Positions 18,953 to 30,260 of a stretch of DNA of 64,000 nucleotides are shown here, piece after piece. Every line of letters starts with the position of its first letter. The stretch's first letter is position 1. Made by a program: the position numbers and the translations under genes. Source of the DNA: Phoronis australis (lineage: Eukaryota > Animalia > Phoronida); assembly GCA_002633005.1 (NCBI GenBank), contig NMRA01000003.1:1540503-1604502 (forward strand), read 5' to 3'. Under the pieces are notes generated by a model. It searched no databases. It was not told the DNA's origin and was given only the letters and a program-made list of their open reading frames with translations.

Positions 18953-19896
18953 CAGTGGCAGATCTAGGATATCACAAGGGGGGGCAACGTTTTGTCTATA
19001 AACATTTGCGCAAAGCACGATTGTAGATGTGCACAGCACCGAATGGGGGGAGGTCGGGAGGGGGGATTCGCCCATTTTCCTTGATTACTGAAGTATTATC
19101 CAAGAAAAGAAAAAAAAGGAGAACATGTCAAACTTGAAAAACTCCAGTTACCACAGACTCGAACTCACGGCCTGGCGTACGAAGCGCGCGTTCTTTAGCA
19201 CTACACCACCACGATTTCAATCTAGAATTGGTACTAAGAGACCTACTTGTTTATGGTCCACAGCGTTTGCGCGCGAAACCTACTTCATTTAATAATGCTT
19301 ATTACATTTTTTATATTTTGTGCAATCAGTTCGAAACAAATTTGTTGCATTTAAAATAGTCTTCAATTGCCTAAAAGACCAAATCCGTTTTTTTGTGTTG
19401 GCATTAATGACGTACGCGATTGCTTTGGAAATCGTCTTAAGTTAAGGTTTGACAAAGAGAGAATTATGAGTTTCTGAGTGATTCACTAAGGCTTCGATTA
19501 AAATTCACATCTTACCAGCAACTTCTGTTTTTTCATCGTCACTCAGATTCCACTTTCTTTGAAAAATGAAATAATTTTCTTCATTGCACAGTGAAACAGA
19601 CGACGGAAACGGAGTCATAGTGCGCAGCGCTACTGCCGGTCGCCTGGTATATCGCGGGAGAGCCTATACTTAGCCATAGTTCCGTTACGATTGAGCCGTG
19701 TTCCGAATTTGACACTTGAAATTGGATATGAGCCCCCCCCCAAACACACTAAACCTGCACACATTTAAATCTTGTTTCCGCCGTATAATGTTAATTACCG
19801 GGGTTAATTAATAAACTCAACATTTGCCTACGCTCTTACTGTTTTATTTTTTGCGGCAGCCAAAGGGGGGGCCCTGCCCCCCTAAATCCGCCTATG
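18953..19896 (-). mobile_element. hAT5-like non-autonomous element (copy B, uninterrupted, 944 bp)
   Basis: Ends cagtggcagatctag / ctaaatccgcctatg; TSD aatgc on both sides. Confidence 0.85.
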
Positions 19897-20677
19897 AATG
19901 CAGTTGGTCTACTGTCCTCCTTTATTTTACCGGGATAGGGAGATGGTTCAGTGAGAATGGACATGATTGGAGGAGAATTGGTTACGACGGAAGGAAGGGG
20001 TGTCGAAATATAGGTAACGGTCGCGAGAAGGAATACGACTTTGACAGATCAAGATTTTTTTGTTCGTGCCATTGAACATGTGTGTCTGCACCTAGAAGGT
20101 CCAACTATTTTATCGTCGGTTGGTTTGTGTCTGTGCATGAGCAAAATACAGTAAAAAGACAACAGGCGACCGTTTATCCCTTAGAAATTCAAGTCGGGCA
20201 CCCTAGCGGAATTTTAAATCTGCTAGTGTTCTGTGTCATGTAACGACAAAAGTATCGTTTACTGAGAGAAAGTTTAAACTTCCTGAACCAAGTTTACAGT
20301 TGACACCGAAAATAATTTAATTTTATCCAAAGATGATTTAAAATGTGTCTTTAAGATATCCTAACGTCAGTAACGTTTGAGCCATATGATGTTTTGTTCG
20401 GCGATTTTTTAAAGGTACGCACGTTTCCTTGTTTTATTTGACTGAACATAACTGCAGAAAATACAAAACAGCATGCAAACTACCTCCTTGTTTTTAAGTT
20501 TGAATGCAACTGAAATGACACAAATAGAAAGTAACCAATATAGGCTTAAATACACAGAAAGATGAAAACTGGTTCGTTAGGCGAATGCAAGAGGCCAAAA
20601 ATGGTAACACAAAAACAGCATGTAAAAGAGAAGAAAAGCAAACCTTTTGATGAATACCAGCCGCTACATTTCTGTTA

Positions 20678-20918
20678 TAAAAAATAATTGCAGGCGGTCT
20701 GATATACGTTGTAGCTAGCAGACGTGCGCAGGCCACGCATGTGGGGCCATTGCAATGATCACCTGGAACTATTTTATGCTTTAATATATAGTTAAAATCC
20801 AGCTGAGGAACTATAGACCTGACTCAAGGGTTTAGCAGTGGGACCCAGTGGGACTCAAACCAACGACCTCGAGCAATGAAAGCACGCATTTATCGCAATA
20901 GGCCACACTGCCTCCTCT
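20678..20918 (-). mobile_element. tRNA-derived SINE-like repeat
   Basis: Reverse complement aligns along its length with 36557-36787. Confidence 0.75.
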
Positions 20919-21181
20919 AAATTTCTGTTAGAAAGGGAGCCAGTTTCAAAAACTTTGCAGTATGCATCATCTTACAAGCAGTTGAAAACGAGCATTTATC
21001 ATATCTTGGAAAGGTCCGCGAAAAGTAGATAAGCTTAGATTTTCTCCAGCAAATTGATTGATTTTTTATTTAGGAAGATTGTTTACAGAAAATGCAAAGC
21101 TGCGATTCTCCAGAGACTCCTCTGCATGACAATCGATTACTCGAACAACCCGGCTCACAGTTATGACTATAGCTCCCCATT

Positions 21182-21844
21182 TTAAGGTGATGTAGGACCT
21201 TATCGTCATGCCTGTGTATTTAGCAAAGTATATAGAAAACTATAGATTTTATCTCCGTAAAAGGATTTATTGTCTAAAAAGAGCCTGTAGAAGTTTTGAT
21301 TTTTGACGTTTTACCAATTTGTTTATAATTGGGTCACGAGACTATGTCTTCAGTAAAATTTAGCAAAAAAGCACAGGCGCTTGGCTTTATCGCAAATGAC
21401 GTCACTCAATAATATATATAAGAAAACATGTTTTCTTATATATATTATTGAGTGACGTCATTTGCGATAAACCCAAGCGCCTGTGCAAAAAAGAAAGGTA
21501 CATGGATGGGATAACAACGGTATCAATAACATGATCAAATATTATTTGATATGAATGTTCAAGGTGAGATATCAAAAACGCTGTCACTGTTTTCAAAAAT
21601 GTCAGTTAGTTTTCGTTTGATGCAACTTCAAAGATTTTTCATGAAAATCGTAAAACTCGTATTTTTTAATAGCCTCTTGCAAAAGTGGGACATCTTAAAA
21701 AATTCCCAAAAGCATTTGTGAGAACAGAGCATAAAGCATTGTATTTGAAAGTTTCATGTGAATTCGAACAGCCGTTTCTGAGATACGATGTTCCGAATTC
21801 AGCCAAATTTGAACATTTTCCTTGGGTTCTACATAAACTTTTAA
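21182..21844 (+). mobile_element. TTAA-flanked MITE family (Kolobok-type ends); other copies 42474-42882(+), 46281-46735(-), ~57920-58383(-), partial ~24905-25095 and ~62990-63045
   Basis: TIR aggt(g/t)atgtaggacc; shared internal gaaagtttcatgtgaatc..tctgagata..aaatttgaacatttt. Confidence 0.75.
21371..21486. repeat. 116-bp near-perfect palindrome with no spacer, inserted in the MITE
   Basis: Arms identical except one mismatch; centre aaaacatgtttt. Confidence 0.9.
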
Positions 21845-21869
21845 CTCTTAAAAGAACACAACTCTTCAC

Positions 21870-21993
21870 TTATGAACACAGCTCCTCAATCATGAATACA
21901 GGTTCAACAATTATGTACACAGCTCCTCAATTTTGAACACAGACCCTCAATTATGAACACAGATCCTTAAATATGAACACAGATCCTCACTTA
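21870..21993. repeat. 20-bp minisatellite (tatgaacacagctcctcaat)
   Basis: ~6 units. Confidence 0.85.
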
Positions 21994-21994
21994 C

Positions 21995-22009
21995 ATACGA
22001 ATTCCGAAC
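21995..22009 (-). other. Candidate 15-nt micro-exon upstream in the minus-strand gene (coding status unknown)
   Basis: gtttacag|GTTCGGAATTCGTAT|gtaagtga. Confidence 0.4.
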
Positions 22010-22464
22010 CTGTAAACTCAGTTAAATGACTCACAAACTCGTGGCTGCACTCACGAAACACGTCTTACACACCAAACAGTGTGGCTCACGTATTCACATA
22101 TACTAAAATTGTTCCGTCTTGATGGGGAGACTACAGTTGATAAAGGTGTCAAAAGAAAAAAAAATGTTATACGGTCTCGCAATTTCATGTCGTTTCAAGT
22201 AGTGGCTGCTCAGCCATCGACAACAAAACGCGAGTAATTGCATTCTTGAAGAAAACTAATCCTGATCCACTGTAATCGTTCCGTAACCACGAAGTAATTT
22301 TTAAACTGCACTCTTCTGATATCAACGCGGTAAATATTTAATTTAGATTGACTACATAACTGTGTCCTAAATTTCCTGTAATATCTCACTTACACAATGT
22401 AATTAAAAATTAAAGACTATTCTGCAGTAGTCTGCTAGGTGTTTACAGTAGACGAACAGCCCTC

Positions 22465-22780
22465 TGCAGGACTGATGGCATTTAGTTTGTGGTACTTCTT
22501 TGTCCGTCTTCTGACTCTCATAGTCCGTTGAGGACCGAATACAGCCCGCAATGAAGTCAACCCGAAGAATACCTCCAAAATGGGAATAGAATATGTGAAG
22601 AGAACATAGATATTTCACAGCTGAATAGCGCTCTGTAGGTGTGGTGACATTTAGTCTGTGGTGCTTTATTTTCCATCTTCTCAATAGTTGATGGACTCTC
22701 ATAGTCCGTTGGGGACTGAATGCAGCCCCCACTGAACTCGACCCGAAGAATACCTCCAAACTGAGAATAGAATATGGATA
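22465..22780. repeat. Tandem duplication, period ~182 bp
   Basis: gactctcatagtccgtt...acccgaagaatacctccaaa at ~22513 and ~22695. Confidence 0.75.
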
Positions 22781-23202
22781 TCTCGGGCACTTTTTTGTTT
22801 TGAACAATGTCACAACAGGAATTTCTAGAAGCTCCTCTAGAAAGGAGTGCTTGAAAACTCTTTCACTGACACAAAATTATAGCCAAGGGAGAATTGGCTT
22901 CTAGTTGAGAGGACCAAGCAGCTATAAAATCACTTCACAACAAAAAACTTCTGATTTTGACTTGCCGTTGTGAAATTGTTCTCAAACCGTACATTTCTGG
23001 AAAATTCGAGGTGATTTCAGAGTTTCAAAAGAACTGATAGCGTTCTCATTTGCTCGAGACGCAAGCTCTACCGCCGGACTTGGTTGGCTTAAGCTCAGTC
23101 CGACACCGTGACGGCGGGGGGGGGGGGGNNNNNNNNNNNNNNNNNNNNNNNNNNNNNNNNNNNNNNNNNNNNNNNNNNNNNNNNNNNNNNNNNNNNNNNN
23201 NN

Positions 23203-23464
23203 CTACCAGTTACCATTTGGGAGTTCGGGTGCGAATTGCTGACTAGGCACAGGCGCACAACCCAGGGGGTGCATAAACAATGCATAGGCCCCGAAGAAAC
23301 CACGTATACCGTTTTTTTTTAGTCAACAGGTCCGCAAACCCAAAAATTCGAGGCCCCTGCATCCCCACATTTGAGGCTGGGCGCCCACATCTGCCGAAAT
23401 TCTGGTTATTCCTGTGCCCTAACCCCCGGTCCTCCCCTAACTCAAAATCTTGGATCCGCCCCTG
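23203..23464. mobile_element. Right part of a hAT5-like MITE abutting an assembly gap
   Basis: Ends ctcaaaatcttggatccgcccctg like 6318-6475; left end not visible. Confidence 0.5.
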
Positions 23465-23639
23465 AGTAAGAAGCAGGTTTATCAGGCAAACAGTTCCATT
23501 TAGGTCATGAACAGTTTTTTTGCAAAAGAAAGAAGCGGTGATAATTCAGTGAAAAGTCGGTGCGCAGCTCATGAATCTTTGAGCAGCCAACTACTCTAGC
23601 TGTACCAATGTAACATACCTTTTGCACCAAGGCCACCAT

Positions 23640-24036
23640 AGTCCGGCACGATTAGGCGCGCCACCTTTTGCCAGCCTTACCAAGTGTTCAAGTTCGGCAC
23701 TTGTTTGAACAGTAAACACAGCAAAGCACCTTTGTAAGTAGTGTTTGTTTTCTTATAGAAACGCCTTCAAAAGAGGTTCGTTATTAACTTGATTGAGCGT
23801 CGACTGTTTGTGTTTCTTTCAACTTCGCTATTGAGACGAAATAACGCCAATCTTCTTCCATCATATCGTTCTTTTTGTCATTCTGTTGAGTTTTCAACCA
23901 GACGAGTAGAGATCGTCTGCAACACGAGTCGTCTTGCTACTGTCGTACTGACTGGATTAGTGACGATTTGTCCCACACCCTGAGTCACCTCGCAAGTTTT
24001 AGTTATCTGTGTTTTGGGCTGATTTTCAAACACCAG
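23640..24036 (+). promoter_or_regulatory. Putative promoter / non-coding first exon of the plus-strand gene
   Basis: CpG-containing stretch ending at strong donor CAG|gtaaga (24037); no ATG-initiated ORF in the frame that would join the next exon; start approximate. Confidence 0.45.
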
Positions 24037-27000
24037 GTAAGACTGCTCGTCTGAGTAAAAGAATATTTAGACACTTTACTTGACATTGTCGTAGATTCCG
24101 TCTGTTGTGACTCATTGATTGATTTACGCTAGTTACTCTTTCAGCCTGCTACTCTTTATTTTGACGTGACGTTCAGTTGCTGTGCGTTGGTCAACGCCTT
24201 CGTCAGTTAGTTACCGTCCTTATTCCATCTAGTCTTGTATTTCCAATCACGGAGAAAATATCATATATTCAATTTAGGGGGGTTTTTAAATATTTTTAAA
24301 ATATTTGACTTTTTCAGTGCATTTTTGTGTAAATTGATGTTTTTCTTGCCCACCACAGTAGGACGTCGTGGAACTAGGCTACAGAATAGCGGATGTGATG
24401 ATACCATGCATTCTTATGTAGCCAAACCCCAAAAGACCATTTTCCATAAGTCATACACGATTCTTGACCACTATGATATTAATGCCAGATGTGACATGCT
24501 ACCTAATCTGTTGAGGTGACCATCCAGGACGCTTAAAATTGGGAAACTAAAAAGTAAGGGTTAGTCCTAAACTCGAGCATGGGCGCTTGAAAACTGAATC
24601 TTTGAGAAGTCTGGGAGGGTGCTTAAAGGGTTGACCAGGTTTGTGATTTAGGGATGAAATTCATGTGCAAGACTCAACTAAAACATCATCGAAATGTAGA
24701 CCACGTAGCTAGCAAGGGGCTGAGCTGCTTGAATTGAATAAGGCACGGTAGTTCAGTAGCAGGACCTAGCTTTCACAGTCACATTTTTGCACTCACAAGT
24801 ATTACGATATCAGAATGCCCATGAGCTGAGGAAACACTTGTTTCGTGTCTTCTTCAGTGAAGAGCAGTAGAGTGTAAATGTATTAGTTTGTTTCATGTAA
24901 CTTTAGAATTTTTTCATTACTCCTATTTTGATGGCCCTCATACAAAGAAGGAACATTTTCAAAACAATTCCTAGCAGCGTTTTGGAGAACTATGCTTAAA
25001 TCTGAAAGATTGATATGAATCAGATCACTTCTCAGACATGATGTTCTGAAGTTAGCCGAATTTGAACATTTTTCTTGAGTCTACAAAACCTTAAGGCATC
25101 TTAGTCTTGTAAGTTGTGGGTTGACCCGTAAGACGACCTGGGAGCTTAAAAGTAAAAATTTGAAAGTTTTTGGATGTGCGGTAAGCTGAGCATGGGTGTT
25201 AGCTCAGTAAGACCACGACACATAAGCTTCATTGAAAACTTATTTTAAGGAAAGTCAGTGATAGTGTGTCAATCAAACTGTATTAGATCATAATTTGTGA
25301 CAATTCACAATTTCTACATAGCACATTGCTGCAAATTTTAATTAGCTTTCACTTGTCTCATGGTAACAAGTCTGTCTCAAATTCACAAATTTACAAGAAC
25401 AACACCAATCAGACTGTTGTCACATTTTGTTTTCTAATTATTTTTTCTCCTAGAACAAATTCGAAATGAGGAGTATTGACATCTGAAAAATCCCAAAGGT
25501 GTCTGTTCACCACAGAATTATTCTTAATGAACATACCAGTAAGACAGGTTAAATATAGAATTCAATTGCAAGGTGTAGTGTGATACAATCCTCTCTACTG
25601 GTTCAACCTTGAGCATTATTGTCCTGACACTAATCCTTCCTCCGGATTCTCTGCGTTTTATGGTCTGATACACTACAGCAATACCTGAGTTACCAAATCT
25701 TGTCATTGTATTGTCATACTCTCCAAGATATCAGTGTCGCTTGAGATGAGAACTGAAATAAGCAGCACTTGTATGTATGTAGCCCATCTTCCCCGAGAGA
25801 TCACATTTGCAGGTCTGGCTCAGGATCTATTAAGTACTCTTGGCCAAGAGATTACTACAAGCAATTTGTTATCCCTTGGTAATTGGAGTCTTGTTGAGAA
25901 ATTTAGTTAAAATTCCTATTTGTCTGTAGTTTTGCCCTGGAGAATGATACCTCTAAAGTTTATTGTTTGGAACTAAAGACTAATGTATTTTAATAGTAAA
26001 TCTCGAGTTTTGAATATCATTTCATGTTTATAACAGGGAAGTCTACCAAATATGATGTTACAACAGACTAGTTTTATAATTTTGCATTAACGTTAGGGTA
26101 CAGTAATAACATTAACAGGGAAGTTTTACAGGAATAAAAATGAAATTCTAAAATTATACTGCATACTGGTGGTTGTTACAATCAGACAGAATGATTTGTT
26201 TAGTGTATGACCATCTGCTTGGTCATACTGAAAATATAGAGGTCAGCAAAACATGTTTTTTACTAAATTTTAGTATTAGTAAACTTTGTTTTCAGCAGTC
26301 CAAGTCTTGTGTAATGCCATCTGTGAAGGTAATTCAATTGTTTTGGTTCATGTTTTGGGGTGGGATCATTTATTTTTATTTTTTGAAACGGTACGTCTGC
26401 TAATTAAACATGATAAAACCCTGGACCCTGTGGAATTCGAGGATTGTTTCAACTGGAAGATTCACCTTCTCTAAACTTGTTTCATTTAATTACGTGAAGT
26501 TTGCTACTTCTGCTTGGTCCAGGTGGCATCTGGTGTTACTTTTAATGGCAAAGTGTGCCTTTAAATTCTTTGTTGCCACACAAGTGCTACAGACATAGAT
26601 CTCTGGTTAGTTCTACCACACCCTACATTTATTTTATTTGACAACAAATTTTACCCAAGAAATGAAGCTTTGAATAACATGGATGTCTATACATAAATCT
26701 ATGATATTACTTGACTCAATTTGGGGTTACGGTAAAATGTTTAGGGGTTACGATAAATCCCAGTCATCAGTTTCAGACAGTAATAATTTCTAAAATTGCC
26801 ATTTGCTGTATTTTTCAAGGGCGCTTCTAAAATTTTTATGAATGCCAAAGTTTCCCAAAACATTGTCAGGTGACACTACCGTATGGTACAGAACTTGATC
26901 GTGGAAAATCATTAATTTGAGGGTACTTATCTTCTGTGAAAAAATGAGAAAATAAATTCTTGTCGAACATTTCATTACCTAAATTGGTGAAATTTTAACG

Positions 27001-29814
27001 TAAACATTATGTCCAAACTCACCACTGAAATTGTTCTCTAATATCCATTGATATGAGTGATCATATATTTACTATAGGCAGTGTCACTCACTTAGAGTTT
27101 GCGTGAGGGATTAAATTATGTGCATCATACCTGAGGCGGCACTTATCTCTGTTGGCCCTTGAAAGGTTAACTTTTTCTTATGCTGCAAAATGGACTGCAT
27201 TTTTCAGTTCAAGGCTAGGCCCTGACCACCAAATATGACTCCAGACATGACTAGAAAATTGACCAGTCATATTGCTTGAAATGCGAAAGTTTACTCAATA
27301 CGTGCTACACGATTGGTCAATTTTTTTAGTTGAGTTTGGAGGTCATGAACCTGGCTTGAGAATATTTCTCTCTGCTGTAGCGACACATCATACTGGTCTC
27401 TCACTGGCTGCATTCCTAAATGTCTAGGTGTCTTTTCTTGGTGTAGTATATGTAGGGTAAAGGTTGCAGTTAGGTTCAATTCCGTGAAACTTGCATTACC
27501 ATCAATACATTTCCAATTTTTGTGACATTTTTAGAAGACACTTGAAGTCCTGTGATTGTTGAGAATGAAATGGGCTTGAAGCTCATTTTAGAAACTTACC
27601 ACAAAATCTCACCAATCTCGGATAAAACTAATAGCGGAAATTTATCTGCTTTTTCTGGTTCATTGCTGTGAACCACAAAATTGAGATATGAACCTATTCT
27701 AATGCTTTGAAATCTTTGGATCATTGAAAAACAAAACAATGTTGAAGTTGTTGATGACTGGACAATTTGATTGTTTGAAAAACTGTTTCAGGATAAAAAA
27801 TAATTAGTAGTTATTGGGGGTTTCCAAAAGAGTTCCCTGAATGCTCCTCATTTATCCATGGGCTTTTTATGGTTATTGTTGTACTAATGAGAAGAGTTCT
27901 CTTTGTTAGCAACTTGGCTACTATGAGAGAAATCTCCTGATGATGATGAGTGATAATTTTGAACTAGTGTCCCTTAAAGGTGACAAATATTGTTCACTTG
28001 GCCACAATGCTCACCTGTACCAGACAAAACGATCTGGTAAGCATCCCCATGGTAGCTTTCTAGAGCCTTGTTTCCTACTTTGCTGCTCGGATTTCCCTCA
28101 TGAATATTATAATTCATGTAGTGGAATGGGACAAATTTATTGAAATAATATGATCTGTCCACTGCAGGCACAAGTGCAGCGGATGGACACCTCGTGTGGT
28201 CATTGCTGCAATGAGAATGATCCGAAATATGCACCTACTTTTACCTTGTATGACGGTGTAATGAAAACTATAAGTTAAACCATATTGAAAACACGACGTG
28301 AAGTTTCAACACTTGTACCTGTGACACCTCATTCACACCCGCTATCAGCATGTAAATCACTGCAGCTCGTTAACAGGTAGCTCTACCTACTACTAACTCC
28401 ACTCATTATGTAGTCGACAGGACTTATCAGCACCAAGCTATGGGCTGTTGTAGAAACTTGATAAAATGTGTGTACCTGCTATCTTTTGTTGTCTTAACTT
28501 TGACATACAATCTTGACGATTATCTTGGTGCGGTTGTCCTATTCATAACGCGTCTCTTCACCAGCCTGGTTTGCACACTGTCATATTTCCAGGCACTGGA
28601 TCATAAATCTTGTTTTTAATTTTGAAAACATCTTGGCACCTCCTCAAACCTACCCGCCTGCTGTTGCCTGAGAAGTTGTTAGTTTGCACTTATTTGCCCA
28701 CCTGAATAGCAGTATTGTCTCTTGGTAACTGTGGTGTCATTGTTTATCCAGCCAGGTGTATCATAGTACATGTCATTTAATGTCCATTTAGCACTCTTCA
28801 GTCTACTTCAAACACTAGGTTTTGATCAATGATCATTCGATGTTTTTCGATGTTTTTCGAGGTCCATGAAAACTCAGTTCTAAAATGATGTAAGACTGGA
28901 TTTGCCCTGGTTATATCATCACAGTGTACATGCAGTAAGGTTTTATTCGCCACTGGCACACAATTTATGTCGGGGTTAGGAGCGAAAATGGGACAATTCC
29001 AACAGTAGCTTTAATGGAGACTGTAAATTAACTGGAACGAAATGATTGATTCATATTTTTGTTTTATGTCAAGTTGCAAACTATCAAAAATTGCATCAAA
29101 GGTGATCCACAAAATCAATGTGCATCTTTTTGTTTCACCCAAAAACAGCTTGGAGAGAACACTGAGTCAAGAGTTTGAATTGTGGATATCTATGAAAGAC
29201 ATGTTGTTTCATTTTATGTAATTTCCCTTAAAATAGTGAAAATCAAATTTGTGGTTGGTACAGAAGTCTGCAGTGCAAAGCTAAATGGTTGTATGTGAAA
29301 TAACTAGGAGTCTGTGCTTGGATGTTTAGGACTTACTGACTCGAGAATGTTTTTGAAAGGCACATTAAACTCCATAGAGAATTATTGATTTCGATGCACT
29401 TGATTATCAGAATAACTAGCTAAAGTTCAGGGGAAGGATGGCTCTGAAAAACTGCAAGGGACCTCATGACAATGCCTTCTGTCAGAGCCCTTAATGCCTT
29501 GATTTTGTGGTCGAGTATCAGCTCCATTCTCCTCTGAAATTTGTTATGAAGTCCCATGTGAAATTCTCCTCTTCAGTCCAAAAAACATAATTCCCCTCCA
29601 ATTATAAAAGCAATCCCCTCAAGTTTAGAATAACTTTATAAGTTTTAACCCATGTAGTCCTTCAAATTGATGGTGAACGAGAGTATCAGATTTTCCCATC
29701 ACCCAAATAAATTCCCATCAGAAGACACTGGCACCTTTCCCCTCAGGTGAGCGAGGGCCTTGTCTGTTCCACCTGATCGGGCAGTTCAAATGCAGGAGTT
29801 ACAGGTGCACATTG

Positions 29815-30260
29815 AAACAATATGCTGATTACTTTTAATACATGACTATTATATTAACTTTGTGCACATATTGGACACTTCACTGAGCCAATATGTTGCA
29901 TATCAGAAATTCATTATTATACAAAGTACACATATTGGACACTTCACTGAGCCAATATGTTGCATATCAGAAATTCATTACTATACAAAGTACACATATT
30001 GGGCACTTCACTGAGCCAATATGTTGCATATCAAAAATTCATTACTATACAAAGTACACATATTGGACACTTCACTGAGCCAATATGTTGCATATCAGAA
30101 ATGCATAACTATTATATTTACAATCTTAGTGAGTCGATACGCTGAATATCAAATTCATTACTATACAAAGTACACATATTGGGCAGTTCACACAAAGCCA
30201 AAACGCTGATTATCAGAAATACATAACTATAATATTAACAGTGTACACATATTGTACACG
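29815..30260. repeat. 64-bp minisatellite
   Basis: Units cacatattggacacttcactgagccaatatgttgcatatcagaaattcattactatacaaagta; ORF track repeats every 64 bp. Confidence 0.95.

Noticed and set aside
28400-28740. Possible second Penelope endonuclease relic on minus strand
   Set aside because: Too degraded to support by eye.
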